Assembly: GCA_963747035.1 (NCBI GenBank)
Contig: CAVVDL010000010.1
Coordinates: 1,851 to 65,850, forward strand
DNA length: 64,000 bases
Reading direction: 5' to 3'
Origin: an uncultured Gammaproteobacteria bacterium
Lineage (GTDB): Bacteria > Pseudomonadota > Gammaproteobacteria > Steroidobacterales > Steroidobacteraceae
Made by a program: the position numbers and the translations under genes. The first letter of the stretch is position 1. Each line of letters opens with the position of its first letter. The notes under the pieces are model-generated. The model was not told the origin of the DNA, searched no databases, and saw nothing but the letters and a program-made list of their open reading frames with translations. Positions 32,222 through 43,451 of this stretch are shown one piece after another.

Positions 32222-34189
32222 AGGCGGGATCCTGGATCGCTGCGGCGACCGCCGCTCTCTCCGCGTTCGCCGCATTCGCAGCCGACACGGTGCCAGCGGC
32301 GCCTCGCAGCCTCGCGCTCGAGGACAGCGAGGCAATCGAGTCCCTGGGCGATCCCGTGATCTCGCGCGACGGAAAGCTCGTCGCCTACCAGCAGGAAGAC
32401 CAGGTCTTCGTCGTGCCGGTCGCCGGCGGCGAGCCGCGCGCGGTGACGACCAAGGGATCGAAGGCCTGGTCGCCTTACTGGTCGCGGGACGGCAAGTCGC
32501 TGTTTTTCCTTTCCGACCGTTCGAAGACGAGCCAGCTCTGGAAGCTTCCGCTCGCCGGGTTCGGCGAGGCGCAGCAGCTCACCGAGCTGACGCCGTCCGT
32601 CCGGCGCCTCGACCTGTCGCCGGACGAATCGCGGCTGCTCCTGCGCTTCACCGACCCGGATCTCGCGCCGAAGGACGGCAAGCCCGAGGAGGAGACGAAG
32701 AAGCCCTTCGTGATGACGCGCCTCGAGTTCAAGGAAGACGCGGGCGAGGGATACCTCTCGGGAGATCTCGCCCAGCACCTGCAGGTGCTCGACCTCGCGA
32801 CCGGCAAGCTGACGCAGGTGACTTCGGGCAACTATTCCGAAGACGACCCGAGCTGGTCGCCGGACGGTCGGCGCATCGTGTTCGCGAGCAACCGCGAGGC
32901 CGACCCCGACGAGAGCTACAAGACGGACCTCTGGCTCGTCGCGGCGGACAATACCGACAAGGGCGCGAGCCTCGTCAGGCTCACCAACGACGACCGCGTC
33001 AAGAGTTCGCCCGTGTTCAGCCCGGACGGCGGCACGATCGCCTTCCTCTCCGCCGTCGACGGCGTCTACGGCGCGCCGCAGGTCGCCGTCATGCCGGCGG
33101 GCGGCGGCGAGGCGCGGATTCTCACGGCGAAGCTCGATCGCTGGGTCAACGACTTCCGTTTTTCGGCGGACGGCCAGTGGATCTATTTCATCTACGAGAA
33201 CCTCGGCGGCACGCGCATCGCACGCGTGCGCACGAAGGACGGCCGTATCGAGCCGCTGCTCGAGGGCGACGAGTCGATCGATGCCGCCGACTTCGCGAAG
33301 GACGGCGCGATCGTGGCCCAGGTCCAGGCCGGCAACCGCGGCCCCGAGCTCTTCGCCTTCTCGGGCGGCAAGCGCAGGCAGCTCACGCACGTGAACGACG
33401 CCTTCCTCGCGAAGGTCGCGATCGGCGCGAAGGAGTCGGTCAGCTTCAAGAGCCCGGACGGCACTGAAGTGCAGGCCTTCGTGACGAAGCCGCCCGGCTT
33501 CGTCGCGGGCCGCCGCTATCCGACGATCCTGCACATCCACGGCGGCCCGGTCGGCCAGTTCGGCTGGGGCTTCGATTTCAAGCCGCAGTACTTCGCCTCG
33601 AAAGGCTACGTCGTGATCGAGCCGAATCCGCGCGGCTCGACCGGCCGCGGCCAGGACTTCGTGCGCGCGATCTACCAGACCTGGGGCATCACCGACTACG
33701 ACGACCTGATCGCCGCGGTGGACTATGCCGTCGCCGCCGGCTACGCCGACCCCGACCGCCTCGCCGTCACCGGCTATTCCTATGGCGGCTACATGACGAA
33801 CACCGTCATCACGCGCACCGGCCGCTTCAAGGCGGCGGCGACGGGTGCGGGCCACAGCTTCATCGCCGCGAACTACGGCCATGACATTTACCAGAAGTGG
33901 TACAACTGGGAACTCGGCGTGCCCTGGGAAAACCGCGAGAAGTACGACCGGCTCTCGCCGCTGCTGCAGGCCGGGAAAGTGACGACGCCGACGATCTTCC
34001 TCGGCGGCCGCGACGACTGGAACGTCCCGCTGCTCAATGCCGAGCTCTTCTACCAGGCGCTGCGCAAGCGCGGCATCGCCGACCGAGCTCGTCGCCTATC
34101 CCGGCATGCACCACGGCGGCTGGACCCCGGAATTCGAGCGCGATTACCTCGAGCGCGTCGTCGCGTGGTTCGACAAGTACCTGAAGTAG
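32218..34189 (+). pseudogene. S9-family serine peptidase (prolyl oligopeptidase / acylaminoacyl-peptidase-like) with an N-terminal beta-propeller (one frame break near 34083)
   Basis: The ATG overlaps the upstream TGA (ATGA). It has a signal peptide, propeller repeats and the nucleophile VTGYSYGGYMT. The last ~35 aa, ..ELVAYPGMHHGGWTPEFERDYLERVVAWFDKYLK*, are in another frame. Confidence 0.8.
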
Positions 34190-36195
34190 CGCCCGCCGGC
34201 CGCGTCGCGGCCGCGCTCGCGGCGCTGCAGGGAGGCGAGGCGCGGCGCGCCGAGGCGCTCGCACGCGAGGCGCTCGCGCGAAGAGCCGGGCTCCGTCGAC
34301 CATCTGCGCCTGCTCGGCGCGCGCGCTCGCGATGCAATCGCGGCCCGCCGAGGCGGAAGAGGTCCTGCGCGAGGCGCTCGCGCTCGGCGCTCGGATCGGC
34401 GCCCTTGCTCGAGGACCTCGGCGGCGTGCTTGCGATGCAGCGGCGCTTCGAGGAGGCGGTCGCGGCTTTCCGGGAGGCGCTGCGCCTCGACCCGGACCTG
34501 CCGCTTGCGCCAGGAAGAAGCTGGGCAGGCGCTCGCGGCGCTCGGGCGCGGCGCCGAGGCCGACAAGGCATTCGAGGGCTGGTTCGAGCAGGATGCGCTG
34601 CGGGCCAGGTCGCGATCGCGCTCGATCACCTGCGCGCCGGGCGCAAGGAGGAGGCGATCCGGACGCTGCGCACGGTGCTCGGCTCGACCCGACAACGTCG
34701 ACGCGCTGCATACGCTCGCGCAGGCGTACTGGGGCGACGACCAGCGCGCTGTCCGACATCGAGGCGCTGTTGCGCCGGGTGACGAGCTCGCGCCCGGGCA
34801 CGCCGCCGCCTGGGTGCTGCTCGGCTCGCTGCTGCACGAACCGACCGCAGCCGAGGAGGCGATCGCCTGCTATCGAACGTGCCGTGGAGCTCGAGCCCGG
34901 CGAATGTCGGCGGCCTGGTCAGGCCTCGGCGCCGGCTACGCGCAGATCGGCGACATGGCGAGGAGCGCGCGGCCTACGCGCGCTCGATCGACCTGCAACC
35001 CGGCCTGCCGGGCATCCACATGAGCTACGCGCACGCGCTGAAGGCGCTCGGCCAGCAGCCGGAGGCGCTGCGCGAATACCGCGCCGCGATCGCGCTGAAG
35101 CCCGAGTTCGGCGAGGTGTACTGGAGCATGGCGAACCTCAAGGTCTTCCGCTTCGAGCCGGCCGAGGTCGCCGCCATGGAGGAGCAGCTGAAGCGCGAGG
35201 ACCTGTCACGAGAGCGCCGACATCCATTTCCGCTTCGCGCTCGGCAAGGCCTACGAGGACGCCGGCGACTACGACCGCGCCTGGGAGCACTATCACGCCG
35301 GCAACCAGCGCCAGCGGCCGCTGGTGTCCTACGACCCGGTGGGCTTCGAGGCGCGCCACGAGGAGATCGCGGAGGTCTTCAGCCGCGAGTTCCTCGAGCA
35401 GCACGCGGGCGAGGGATTCGAGTCGGACGCGCCGATCTTCATCGTCGGCCTGCCGCGCTCGGGCTCGACGCTGATCGAGCAGATCCTCGCGAGCCACAGC
35501 CAGGTGGAGGGCACGCTCGAGCTGCCGACGCTCGGCGAAATCGCGTTCTCGACCGGGCGCTACCGCCGCGACAGCCGCGAGTATCCGGAGGCCGTCCGCG
35601 AGCTGCGCGGCCGCGACTTCCGCGCCTACGGCCAGCAGTACATCGAGGAGACGCGGATCTACCGGACGACCGGCAGGCCGCGCTTCACGGACAAGCTGCC
35701 GAACAACTTCTCGCACATCGGCTTCGCGCACCTGATCCTGCCGAACGCGACGGATCATCAACGCGCGGCGCCACCCGCTCGACAGCTTCCTCGGCAGCTA
35801 CAAGCAGCTCTTCGGCAAGGGCCAGAACTTCACCTACGACATGAACGAGCTCGCGCTGTACTACCGCCAGTACCACGAGACGATGAAGCACTGGCACCGC
35901 GTGCTGCCCGGCAAGGTGCTGGACGTGCACTACGAGGAGACGGTCGGCGACTTCGAGGCGCAGGTGCGGCGCATCCTCGCGCACTGCGGCCTGCCGTTCG
36001 AGGAGGCCTGCCTGCGGTTCCACGAGACCGAGCGGCCGGTGCGGACCGCGAGCTCCGAGCAGGTGCGCCAGCCGCTCTACACGCGCGCGCTCGGCACCTG
36101 GCGGCGCTACGAGAAGCACCTCGCGCCCGTGGCAGGAGGAGCTCGCCGACATCATCGCGGAGCTGCCGGAGAGCGTCCGGAACGCCGGGCTCTAG
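34165..36195 (+). pseudogene. TPR-repeat protein fused to a sulfotransferase domain (about 13 frame breaks; start uncertain)
   Basis: TPR-like segments alternate among all three frames (..AEEVLREALAL.., ..FEEAVAAFREALRLDPD.., ..EEAIACYRT.VELEPG.., ..EALREYRAAIALKPEF..). A sulfotransferase domain follows (PIFIVGLPRSGSTLIEQILASH; ..RFTDKLPNNF..; ..ARRHPLDSFLGSYKQLF..; ..RTASSEQVRQPLY..). It ends at TAG 36193-36195. Confidence 0.65.
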
Positions 36196-37118
36196 TAGGG
36201 CCAGACCTCGAGGCCGTGGATGGCGTTTCGCACGTCCATCGTCAGGTTGACGGACAGCAGCGCGCTCGTTGCGCGGCAGGTCGTAGACCGAGACGGTCGA
36301 CGGCGAGGAGCCGCCGGCCACGAGCGAGTCGGAGAGCACGGCGAGCCCGCGCGCGAAGCCCTGGCGCGCGATGCCGCTCTGGTCCATGCTCGCGGTTCAG
36401 CAGCGACTCGGCCGGGTAGGTCGGCACGCGCATCGCGCGGTCCTCGCGGCCGTCGCCGCGGCCGGCGTAGCGCAGCGCGTTGGCCTCCGTGTCGTTGAAC
36501 AGCACGCCGTCGCGGAACGGCCGCGCGTTGTGCGTGCCCGGCGGCAGCTCGACCGCCATCTGCACCTCGCGGCCGTTGAACAGCAGCATGCCGCCGGTCT
36601 TGAGGCCCGTGAGGTACATGCCGCCCTTCGTGCAGTGGACGTTGTTGAGGTGCAGCTTGTTGAGCATCAGCGGCCCGTCGTCCTTGCGCGGGTCGAAGGC
36701 GATGCCCTTGAAGCGGAACTGGTGCGTCGACGACGTGCATCGCCCAGTCGAACTCCCTGCGGTCGAGGTCGAAGCCGAGGATGCTGTCGCAGCCGGTCGA
36801 GGTCAGGAACAGCCTCCGCTCCCAGACGGCGATCTCGTGGCAGTGCTTGAGGTAGGGATTGCGCCAGGAGCCGATGGGACGGAAGTCGGGCGTGTAGGCG
36901 AAGAGCTCGTCGCTGGCGGCGATGTAGACCGTCTCGCCGTCGAAGGCGATGCCGCGCAGGCCCGCGGTCCCAGCCGCGGCCCTGCCAGTCGATGCCGGCG
37001 CGTGTTCCAGTCGAGCGTCTGGCGTGACCTCGCGCGCCTCGAGGTCGATGAGGTAGACGCCGCCATGGCTCTCGCCCTGGTGGCTGCCGCGCACCACCGA
37101 GGTCGTGACGAGCTTCAA
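36192..37118 (-). pseudogene. hypothetical protein, possibly beta-propeller-like (at least 4 frame breaks)
   Basis: Protein-like stretches lie in ORF 36192..37118 (MKLVTTSVVRGSHQGESHGGVYLIDL.., ..GLRGIAFDGETVYIAASDELFAY..LKHCHEIAVWERRLFLTSTG..) and in ORF 36242..36667 (MLNKLHLNNVHCTKGGMYLTGLKTGGMLLFNGREV..). It may be TIGR03032/DUF4915-like, but I cannot verify that. Confidence 0.4.
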
Positions 37119-37148
37119 CGCTCAGGCGCGCGCTCAGGCGGCGCGGCG

Positions 37149-39599
37149 TCACCACTTCTTGCTGAACGAGAGGTGCGACGTTCTGCGGCCGCTGCAGGTT
37201 CCGGACGTGCCGCCAGCGCGGGTCGCCAAGAGCCTGCGCCGTAAGTCTCGAGCTGCTGCTCAGGTAGCTGTAGCTCGTCGTCGTCGAAGACGTTGCGCAC
37301 GATGAGCGCCGCGTCCCAGCCGTTGTCGCTCGTGAAGCCGACCTGGAACGTGCCGGACTTCCACGTCGGGATCAGGAATTCGAGCGCATCGGCCCGCTCC
37401 TCCGGATCGTCTCGGCCAGCTCGAAGTCCTCGATCGCCCACAGGCTGTCCCAGATCTTGCCCTGGTAGGAGTACGAGAACCGCGTCCAGAGATCGCCCTG
37501 CATCGGCAGGAAGTCGGGGAAGGTGTATTCGACCGCGGCCCAGTACTTTTCCTTCGGCGAGATCGGCATCGTCGAGCCTTTGGCGATGTAGACGTCGTGC
37601 CGGATCGTTCGGATACGAACGTGTCCTCGGTGAACTCGGGCTCGCGAGGAACGCGCTCCACTGGAAGTTGAGCCGGTCGGTCGCGTACCAGCTGGCCGCT
37701 GAACTCGACGCCCTTCTGCTCGGCCTTGCCGCCGTTGATGTTGCCTTCGATCCAGAAGGCGCCGCCGTTGCCTCGCGATCGTGCTGCTGACGTGGATCTG
37801 GATGTCGTCCCACTCCATGAGGAAGGCGGACAGGTTGAGCTGGAGCTGGTGGTCGAACCATTCGCTCTTGAGGCCCGACCTCGTAGTTCTCGAGGTGTCC
37901 GGCCCGTAGGTGAGCGGCACCACGCCGGTGTCGGCCGCGCGCTGGCGAGTTCTCGCCGCCGAGGCGGAAGCCCTCGCTGTAGAGCGCGTAGAGCCATGAC
38001 GTCCGGGGTGAAGTGGTACTCGGTCGCGAACTTGAAGGTCGTGTCGCTGTCCGTGCCCTTGCTCGACCAGGCCGTTCGCGTCCGGATCGCTGTTGGCCGG
38101 CAGGCCGAGCGGAATCTGGTACATGTCGAACAGGTCGCGGTCGAACTCGAACCAGCGCGCGCCGCCGGTGACCGACCACTTGTCGGTCAGGTCGTAGGTC
38201 ATCTCGCCGAAGAAGGCGAGCTGCTTCACCTCGTTGTGGTACTTGTTGAAGTAGTAGATGTCGGTCGGCGCGAGCGGGCAGGTCGAGTCCTGGCGATCGG
38301 CTGCAATGCATCGCAGGCAATCCGCGTTGGCCTGCGTCCCACGCCGGCGTGCTGGTCAGGCCGCCGGCTGCTCTGGCGCCGTATTGCCACCAGTCGTACA
38401 CGTCCTCGTAGAAGGCGCCGGCCATCCACTGCAGCTTGCTGTCGCCCTGCGACGTCAGGCGCGCCTCGTAGGACCAGCGATTCTGCTTCTGGCAGTTGAA
38501 GGTCGTCGAGTGCAGCGTGCCGGTGTCGTAGAGGGCGTAAGCGCGTAGTAGACCCGTAGTCGTACGACGGTACTGGGCGTAGTTGGTGTTGTCCCACTGG
38601 TAGTCGATCTTGCGGTCGAAGTAGGACCCGGTCAGCGACAGCTCGGCGAAGCCGAGGTCGCCCTTGAGCGTCGCGGACGTCGTGTACCACTCGTCGTCGC
38701 GCCACTCGTCGAAGAAGCGCGTGATCTTGTTGTCGCCGAGGAAGGGGTCGGTCTCCCAGGTGCCCATCGTGTCGCCGCGCTGGTAGATGCCGGTCGCGAG
38801 CAGGTTCCAGTTCTCGTTGATCGTCCACAGGCCCGACACGCGGCCGCCGGTCGTCCGGTAGACGTTCTGGTTGTCCTCGGCGACGTCGGCATTGTCGTCG
38901 ATTCGCCCATCAGTTGCGCTCAGCGTCTCGCCGAGGACGTTGTCCACGTAGCCGCCTTCTTCCGACCAGAAGCCGACGACCCGCATCGCGAAGTTGTCGG
39001 AGACCGGGATGTTGACCCAGCCGCTGACGTCGTAGCTCGGGTCGCCGCCCTTGGTCGTGCCGATCTCGGCCGCGACCTCGCTCGAGAAGCCGCTGATGTC
39101 CGGCTTGTTGGTGACGTAGTGAATCGTGCCCGCCTGCGCGCTCGAGCCGAACAGCGTGCCCTGCGGGCCCGGCAGCGACTTCGACGCGCTCGATGTCGAT
39201 CAGGCGCACGTCCGCCTGCTGCGAGATCGCGGTCATCGGCTGGTCGTCGAGGTAGACCGAGACCTGGCTGTCGATGCGGAATTCGCCGGTGCCGGTCGCG
39301 ATGCCGCGCATCACGATGTTGTTCTGGCCCGGGTACGTAGCTGACGATGTTGACGGAGGGCAGGGCGCCGACGAGGTCGTACATGTTCGTCAGCGCCTGC
39401 TTCTCGATGAACTCGGTCGAGAGCGCCGTGACGCTCTGCGCGACGTCCTGCATGTTTTCGCTGCGCCGCGTCGCCGTGACGGTGACGGGCTCGAGGCGCG
39501 TCGTCGGCTTCGCTGGCGCTGTCCTGGGCCAGCGTCTGGCGAAGCCGGATACAGCGTCGCGAAAATGGCTGCGGCCAGCGGCGTCTTCTGGTCAATCAT
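37149..39599 (-). pseudogene. TonB-dependent outer-membrane receptor #2 (at least 10 frame breaks)
   Basis: The N-terminus is MIDQKTPLAAAIFATLYPAS... The plug reads VTATRRSENMQDVAQSVTALS..LVGALPSVN.. / RGIATGTGEFRIDSQVSVYLDDQPM. Many barrel fragments lie in ORFs 37115..38986, 37372..38229 and 37260..37997. The C-terminus ..LSFSKKW* is recovered only after a frame change. Confidence 0.8.
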
Positions 39600-39695
39600 T
39601 CGTGATCCCCCCAAGTCGCCTCGTCACCCTGACAAGGCGATGCTAACGACGATTGAGCGTATATCAGTAATCGGCCGTTTGCCAACCGGCGCCGC

Positions 39696-40730
39696 TCAGT
39701 AGATCTCGCCGCGCGACGATTGCAGCACGCCCGCCGTCACGCGAAGCTCGTAGGAAATGCCGCCGGTTCCCTGCCAGGCGGCGAGGTCGAAGTGCCCGCC
39801 GGGGCCGATGCGGTACACGGCGATCGCGCCGGTCGTGAGCGGCTTGCCGCGCTCGCAAACGACGGGCGGACCGGCCGGCGTCATGAAATAGACATAAGGC
39901 GTGGGATGATCTGCGGTTGCAAAAACCTCGGCCATGCCGCTCGCCGGATCGATGTGCAGCGCCGTCTCGCGGTCCGCGGCGATCGCGTGCGGCATGGGCG
40001 CCCAGCCGTCCTGTTGCAGGCGCGAGAGCAGGGCGATGGTGCGCCCGATCCGGTCGCGCTCCTGCAGGTGCTGGTCGGTGATGACGTTCTCGAGCCGCGG
40101 CAGCGCGAGGAAGCCGCGCGCCAGCGTGAGATCCGGCGTGTAGGGGTCCTTGAGCGCGTCCGCTGTCGTGAGGCTGTCCTTGCCTTCCGCTGAGTAGACA
40201 TACTCGCCGAGGACCGCCATGCCGGCGCTGGTGCCGCCGATCGGGGCGGGCTTGGCCGCCACGAAGTTGATCGCGTCCTCGACCGGCGTGTCCTTCCAGT
40301 AGCGGATGTAATTCGACTGATCGCCGCCCGCGATGAAGACGGCCTCGGCATTCCGGATGGTCTGGATCACGAACGGATCCGAGGTCGCGGCGCCCTTGTC
40401 GAACACGATCGTCTCGACCGAGTCGCAGTGGCACAGCTTGAAGATGTAGTCGTTGTAGTCGTCGGCGCCCGAGGCGCGCAGCACGACGAAATCGCCGCCG
40501 CCGCCGAATTCGCCCATGCGGGCGTAGTTCGCGTCCACGTCGTCGCCGCCGCCCTGCGGGACCCAGAGCCCGCGCGTCGGCTTCACGACGTCCTCGGGAT
40601 TGCCCACGACGTAGTACTTGAAGCCGGGGCCGCTGCGGGCGACCGGGGCGCTGTGGCAGGCCGCGAGCGCAAGGCAGGCAAGGGCCAGGGCCGCCGCGAG
40701 CGGGCGGCGAATTCGCGATCTGTGGTTCAT
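39696..40730 (-). CDS. peptidase S51 / cyanophycinase-like lipoprotein (class-I glutamine-amidotransferase-like fold)
   Basis: Starts at the internal ATG (M26 of ORF 39696..40805). It has the lipobox LALAAC, ..AVFIAGGDQSNY.. and the nucleophile-like IGGTSAGMAVLG. The ORF is intact. Confidence 0.65.
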   Translation of the reverse strand: MNHRSRIRRPLAAALALACLALAACHSAPVARSGPGFKYYVVGNPEDVVKPTRGLWVPQGGGDDVDANYARMGEFGGGGDFVVLRASGADDYNDYIFKLCHCDSVETIVFDKGAATSDPFVIQTIRNAEAVFIAGGDQSNYIRYWKDTPVEDAINFVAAKPAPIGGTSAGMAVLGEYVYSAEGKDSLTTADALKDPYTPDLTLARGFLALPRLENVITDQHLQERDRIGRTIALLSRLQQDGWAPMPHAIAADRETALHIDPASGMAEVFATADHPTPYVYFMTPAGPPVVCERGKPLTTGAIAVYRIGPGGHFDLAAWQGTGGISYELRVTAGVLQSSRGEIY

Positions 40731-40819
40731 CAACGACTCGACTGGGTGGTGCTGGCTGATTGCAGCGCCCGATAGTGTACTCTCGCGCGTCAGCGACTTC
40801 GTCACCGCGGAGCACTCCC

Positions 40820-42494
40820 ATGCGATGCCTGCTCGCCTGCCTGGTCCTGTTGCCCACGCTTTCGCTGGCCGAGGACATGCGGCTTCCCCCGGAAACCGCG
40901 CGCCTGAACCAGATGGCGGCGCGCTTCGCGCCGGTCGAGGTCCGCGTCGACCTCTCGGGAGTTCCCGAGAACGAGCGCCACGCGCTCGCGGACCTCGTCA
41001 AGGCCGCGCGCATCGTCGATGCGCTGTTCATGCGCCAGCTGTGGGCCGGCAACGAGGCGATGATGCTGCGCCTCATGGAAGACACGACGCCGCTCGGCCG
41101 CGCGCGCTTCGACTATTTCATGATCAATCGCGGTCCCTGGTCGCGGCTGGACGACAATGCGATCTTCGTGCCCGGGGCGCCGGCCAAGCCGGAGGCCGCC
41201 AATTTCTACCCGGCGGGCGCGACGAAGGCCGACGTCGAGGCCTGGCTCAAGGCGCTGCCCGAGGCCGAGCGGACCGCAGCCACCGGATTTTTCACGACGA
41301 TCCGGCGCGATGCGGCCGGCAAGTTCTCGTCCGTGCCCTACAGTCTCGAGTACCAGGGTGAGCTCGCGGAAATGGCGCAATTGCTGCGCGATGCGGCAGC
41401 GAGCGACCGCCGAGCCCTCGTTGAAGGCGTTTCTCGATTCGCGCGCGGCGGCTTTCGCGTCCAACGACTACTACGCGAGCGACGTCGCCTGGATGAAGCT
41501 CGACTCCGCGATCGACCCGACCATCGGGCCGTACGAGGTCTACGAGGACGGCTGGTTCAACTACAAGGCGGCCTTCGAGGCCTTCATCACGGTGCGCGAC
41601 GCCGCGGAGACCGCGAAGCTCGACCGCTTCGGCGGCGAGCTGCAGTGGCTCGAGGACCGGCTGCCGATCGACCCGGCCTACCGCCGCAAGAAGCTCGGCG
41701 GCCTCGCGCCGATGCGCGTCGTCAACGTCGTCTTTTCCGCGGGTGACGGCAACCACGACGTGCAGACCGCGGCCTACAACCTGCCGAACGACGAACGCAT
41801 CGTCGCGGAGATGGGCTCGAAGCGGATCCTGCTCAAGAATTTCCAGCAGGCGAAATTCGACAAGACGCTGGTGCCCATCTCGAAGGTCGCGCTCGCGGCC
41901 GAGGACCAGGCTTACGTGGATTTCGAGGCCTTCTTCACGCACATCCTGATGCACGAGGTCATGCACGGCCTCGGGCCGACGAACACCGGCCCGAACGGAT
42001 CGGGCGGCGGCGTGCGCCAGGCGATCCGCGAGCTCTACAGCACGGTCGAGGAAGCCAAGGCCGACATCACGGGCCTGTGGGCGCTGCAGAAGCTGATGGA
42101 CAAGGGCGTGATCGACCGCGCCGGCGAGCGGCGCATGTACACGACCTACCTCGCGTCGGCATTTCGTACGCTGCGTTTCGGCATGGACGACTCGCACGCG
42201 CGCGGCATGGCGATGCAGGTCAACTACCTGCTGGACGCCGGCGCCTACGGCGTCAATGCCGACGGCACGTTCAGCGTGAACACCGCCAGGGCGAAGAAAG
42301 CGGTCGCGGGCCTGTCGCACGAGTTGCTGACGCTCGAGGCCACCGGCGACTACGACGCCGCCAAGCGCTTCCTCGACAAGATGGTCGTGATGCGGCCCGA
42401 GGTGAAGGCGGTGCTCGACCGCCTGGGCGAGGTCCCGGTGGACATCCGCCCGCGCTTCGTCACCGCGGACGATCTCGAGCGCGAATTTCCCTGA
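40820..42494 (+). pseudogene. dipeptidyl-peptidase III (M49)-like zinc peptidase, secreted (one frame break near 41402)
   Basis: The signal peptide is MRCLLACLVLLPTLSLA. HEVMHGLGP (HExxH variant) and EEAKAD match the two M49 zinc-binding motifs as I remember them. The N-terminal third is in ORF 40760..41746 and the rest in ORF 41157..42494. Confidence 0.6.
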
Positions 42495-42607
42495 CACGAC
42501 CGCCTCGAGCTTGCCAAGGGCTGGTCCAGGCTGTTTCACGGGCATGGCGATGCCGGTGATTCACGGGCAATGTAGGCCACGGCATGGTCCGTGACCGGAG
42601 TGGAATC

Positions 42608-43372
42608 ATGCGGATCAGCCCCTGGCTTGCTTGCCTTGCGCTGGCATGCGCCGAGGCGGGCGCCGTGACGCTCGAGGAAGCCGCGCAGCGCTTCGAGGCG
42701 AAAGACTGGCCCGCGGCCGCGGCCGCGTACCAGGAGATCGTGGATCGCGAGCCTGCCAACCAGCTCGCGCTCATCCGGCTTGCGCGCTCGCGCGCGGCGA
42801 ATGGCGAGGCGACTGAAGCGATTGCCGCGCTCTCGGGCTGGTTCGCGACGGGCGGCGGCTCCTACCAGGTCGCCATGAACCTGCCGGAGTTCGCGCTGCT
42901 GCGCTCCGACCCGCGCTTCGTCGCGCTGGTCGAGCCCATGAAGCCCTGCAATACGCCGGAGTTCCGGCAATTCGACTTCTGGGTCGGCGACTGGAACGTC
43001 GAATCGGCGGCCGCGCCCGGCACCGTGAGCCATAACCGCATTACGCTCATCAATGACGGCTGCACGCTCCGCGAGGAGTACACGACGCCCTACGGCTATG
43101 CGGGCACGAGCCTCAATTTCTACGACGCGACGCGAAAGGTCTGGCACCAGACCTGGATCGACAACCAGGGCGGCGGGCTCTTCCTCGAGGGCGGGCTCCA
43201 GGGCAAGTCCATGGTGCTCTCGACCGTGACGGATCCGGTTGTCGTGCAGCGGATCACCTGGACGCCGCTCGACGACGGCCGCGTCCGGCAGCATTGGGAG
43301 TCCACCACCGACGGCGGCAAGACCTGGACCACGGCCTTCGACGGCTACTACGCGCGGCGCGAAGGCGGCTGA
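42608..43372 (+). CDS. hypothetical secreted protein (N-terminal TPR-like helix pair + C-terminal FDFWVGDW domain)
   Basis: Starts at the internal ATG (M9 of ORF 42584..43372). It has the signal peptide MRISPWLACLALACAEA and is intact. I am confident of no family. Confidence 0.55.
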   Translation: MRISPWLACLALACAEAGAVTLEEAAQRFEAKDWPAAAAAYQEIVDREPANQLALIRLARSRAANGEATEAIAALSGWFATGGGSYQVAMNLPEFALLRSDPRFVALVEPMKPCNTPEFRQFDFWVGDWNVESAAAPGTVSHNRITLINDGCTLREEYTTPYGYAGTSLNFYDATRKVWHQTWIDNQGGGLFLEGGLQGKSMVLSTVTDPVVVQRITWTPLDDGRVRQHWESTTDGGKTWTTAFDGYYARREGG

Positions 43373-43451
43373 ATCTCGATCCGGCAATTGTGAAACCGGC
43401 GGTCAGCGATTCCGGTTGATGCCGGACGCGTTCCGACGTACAAGCGCGGAC

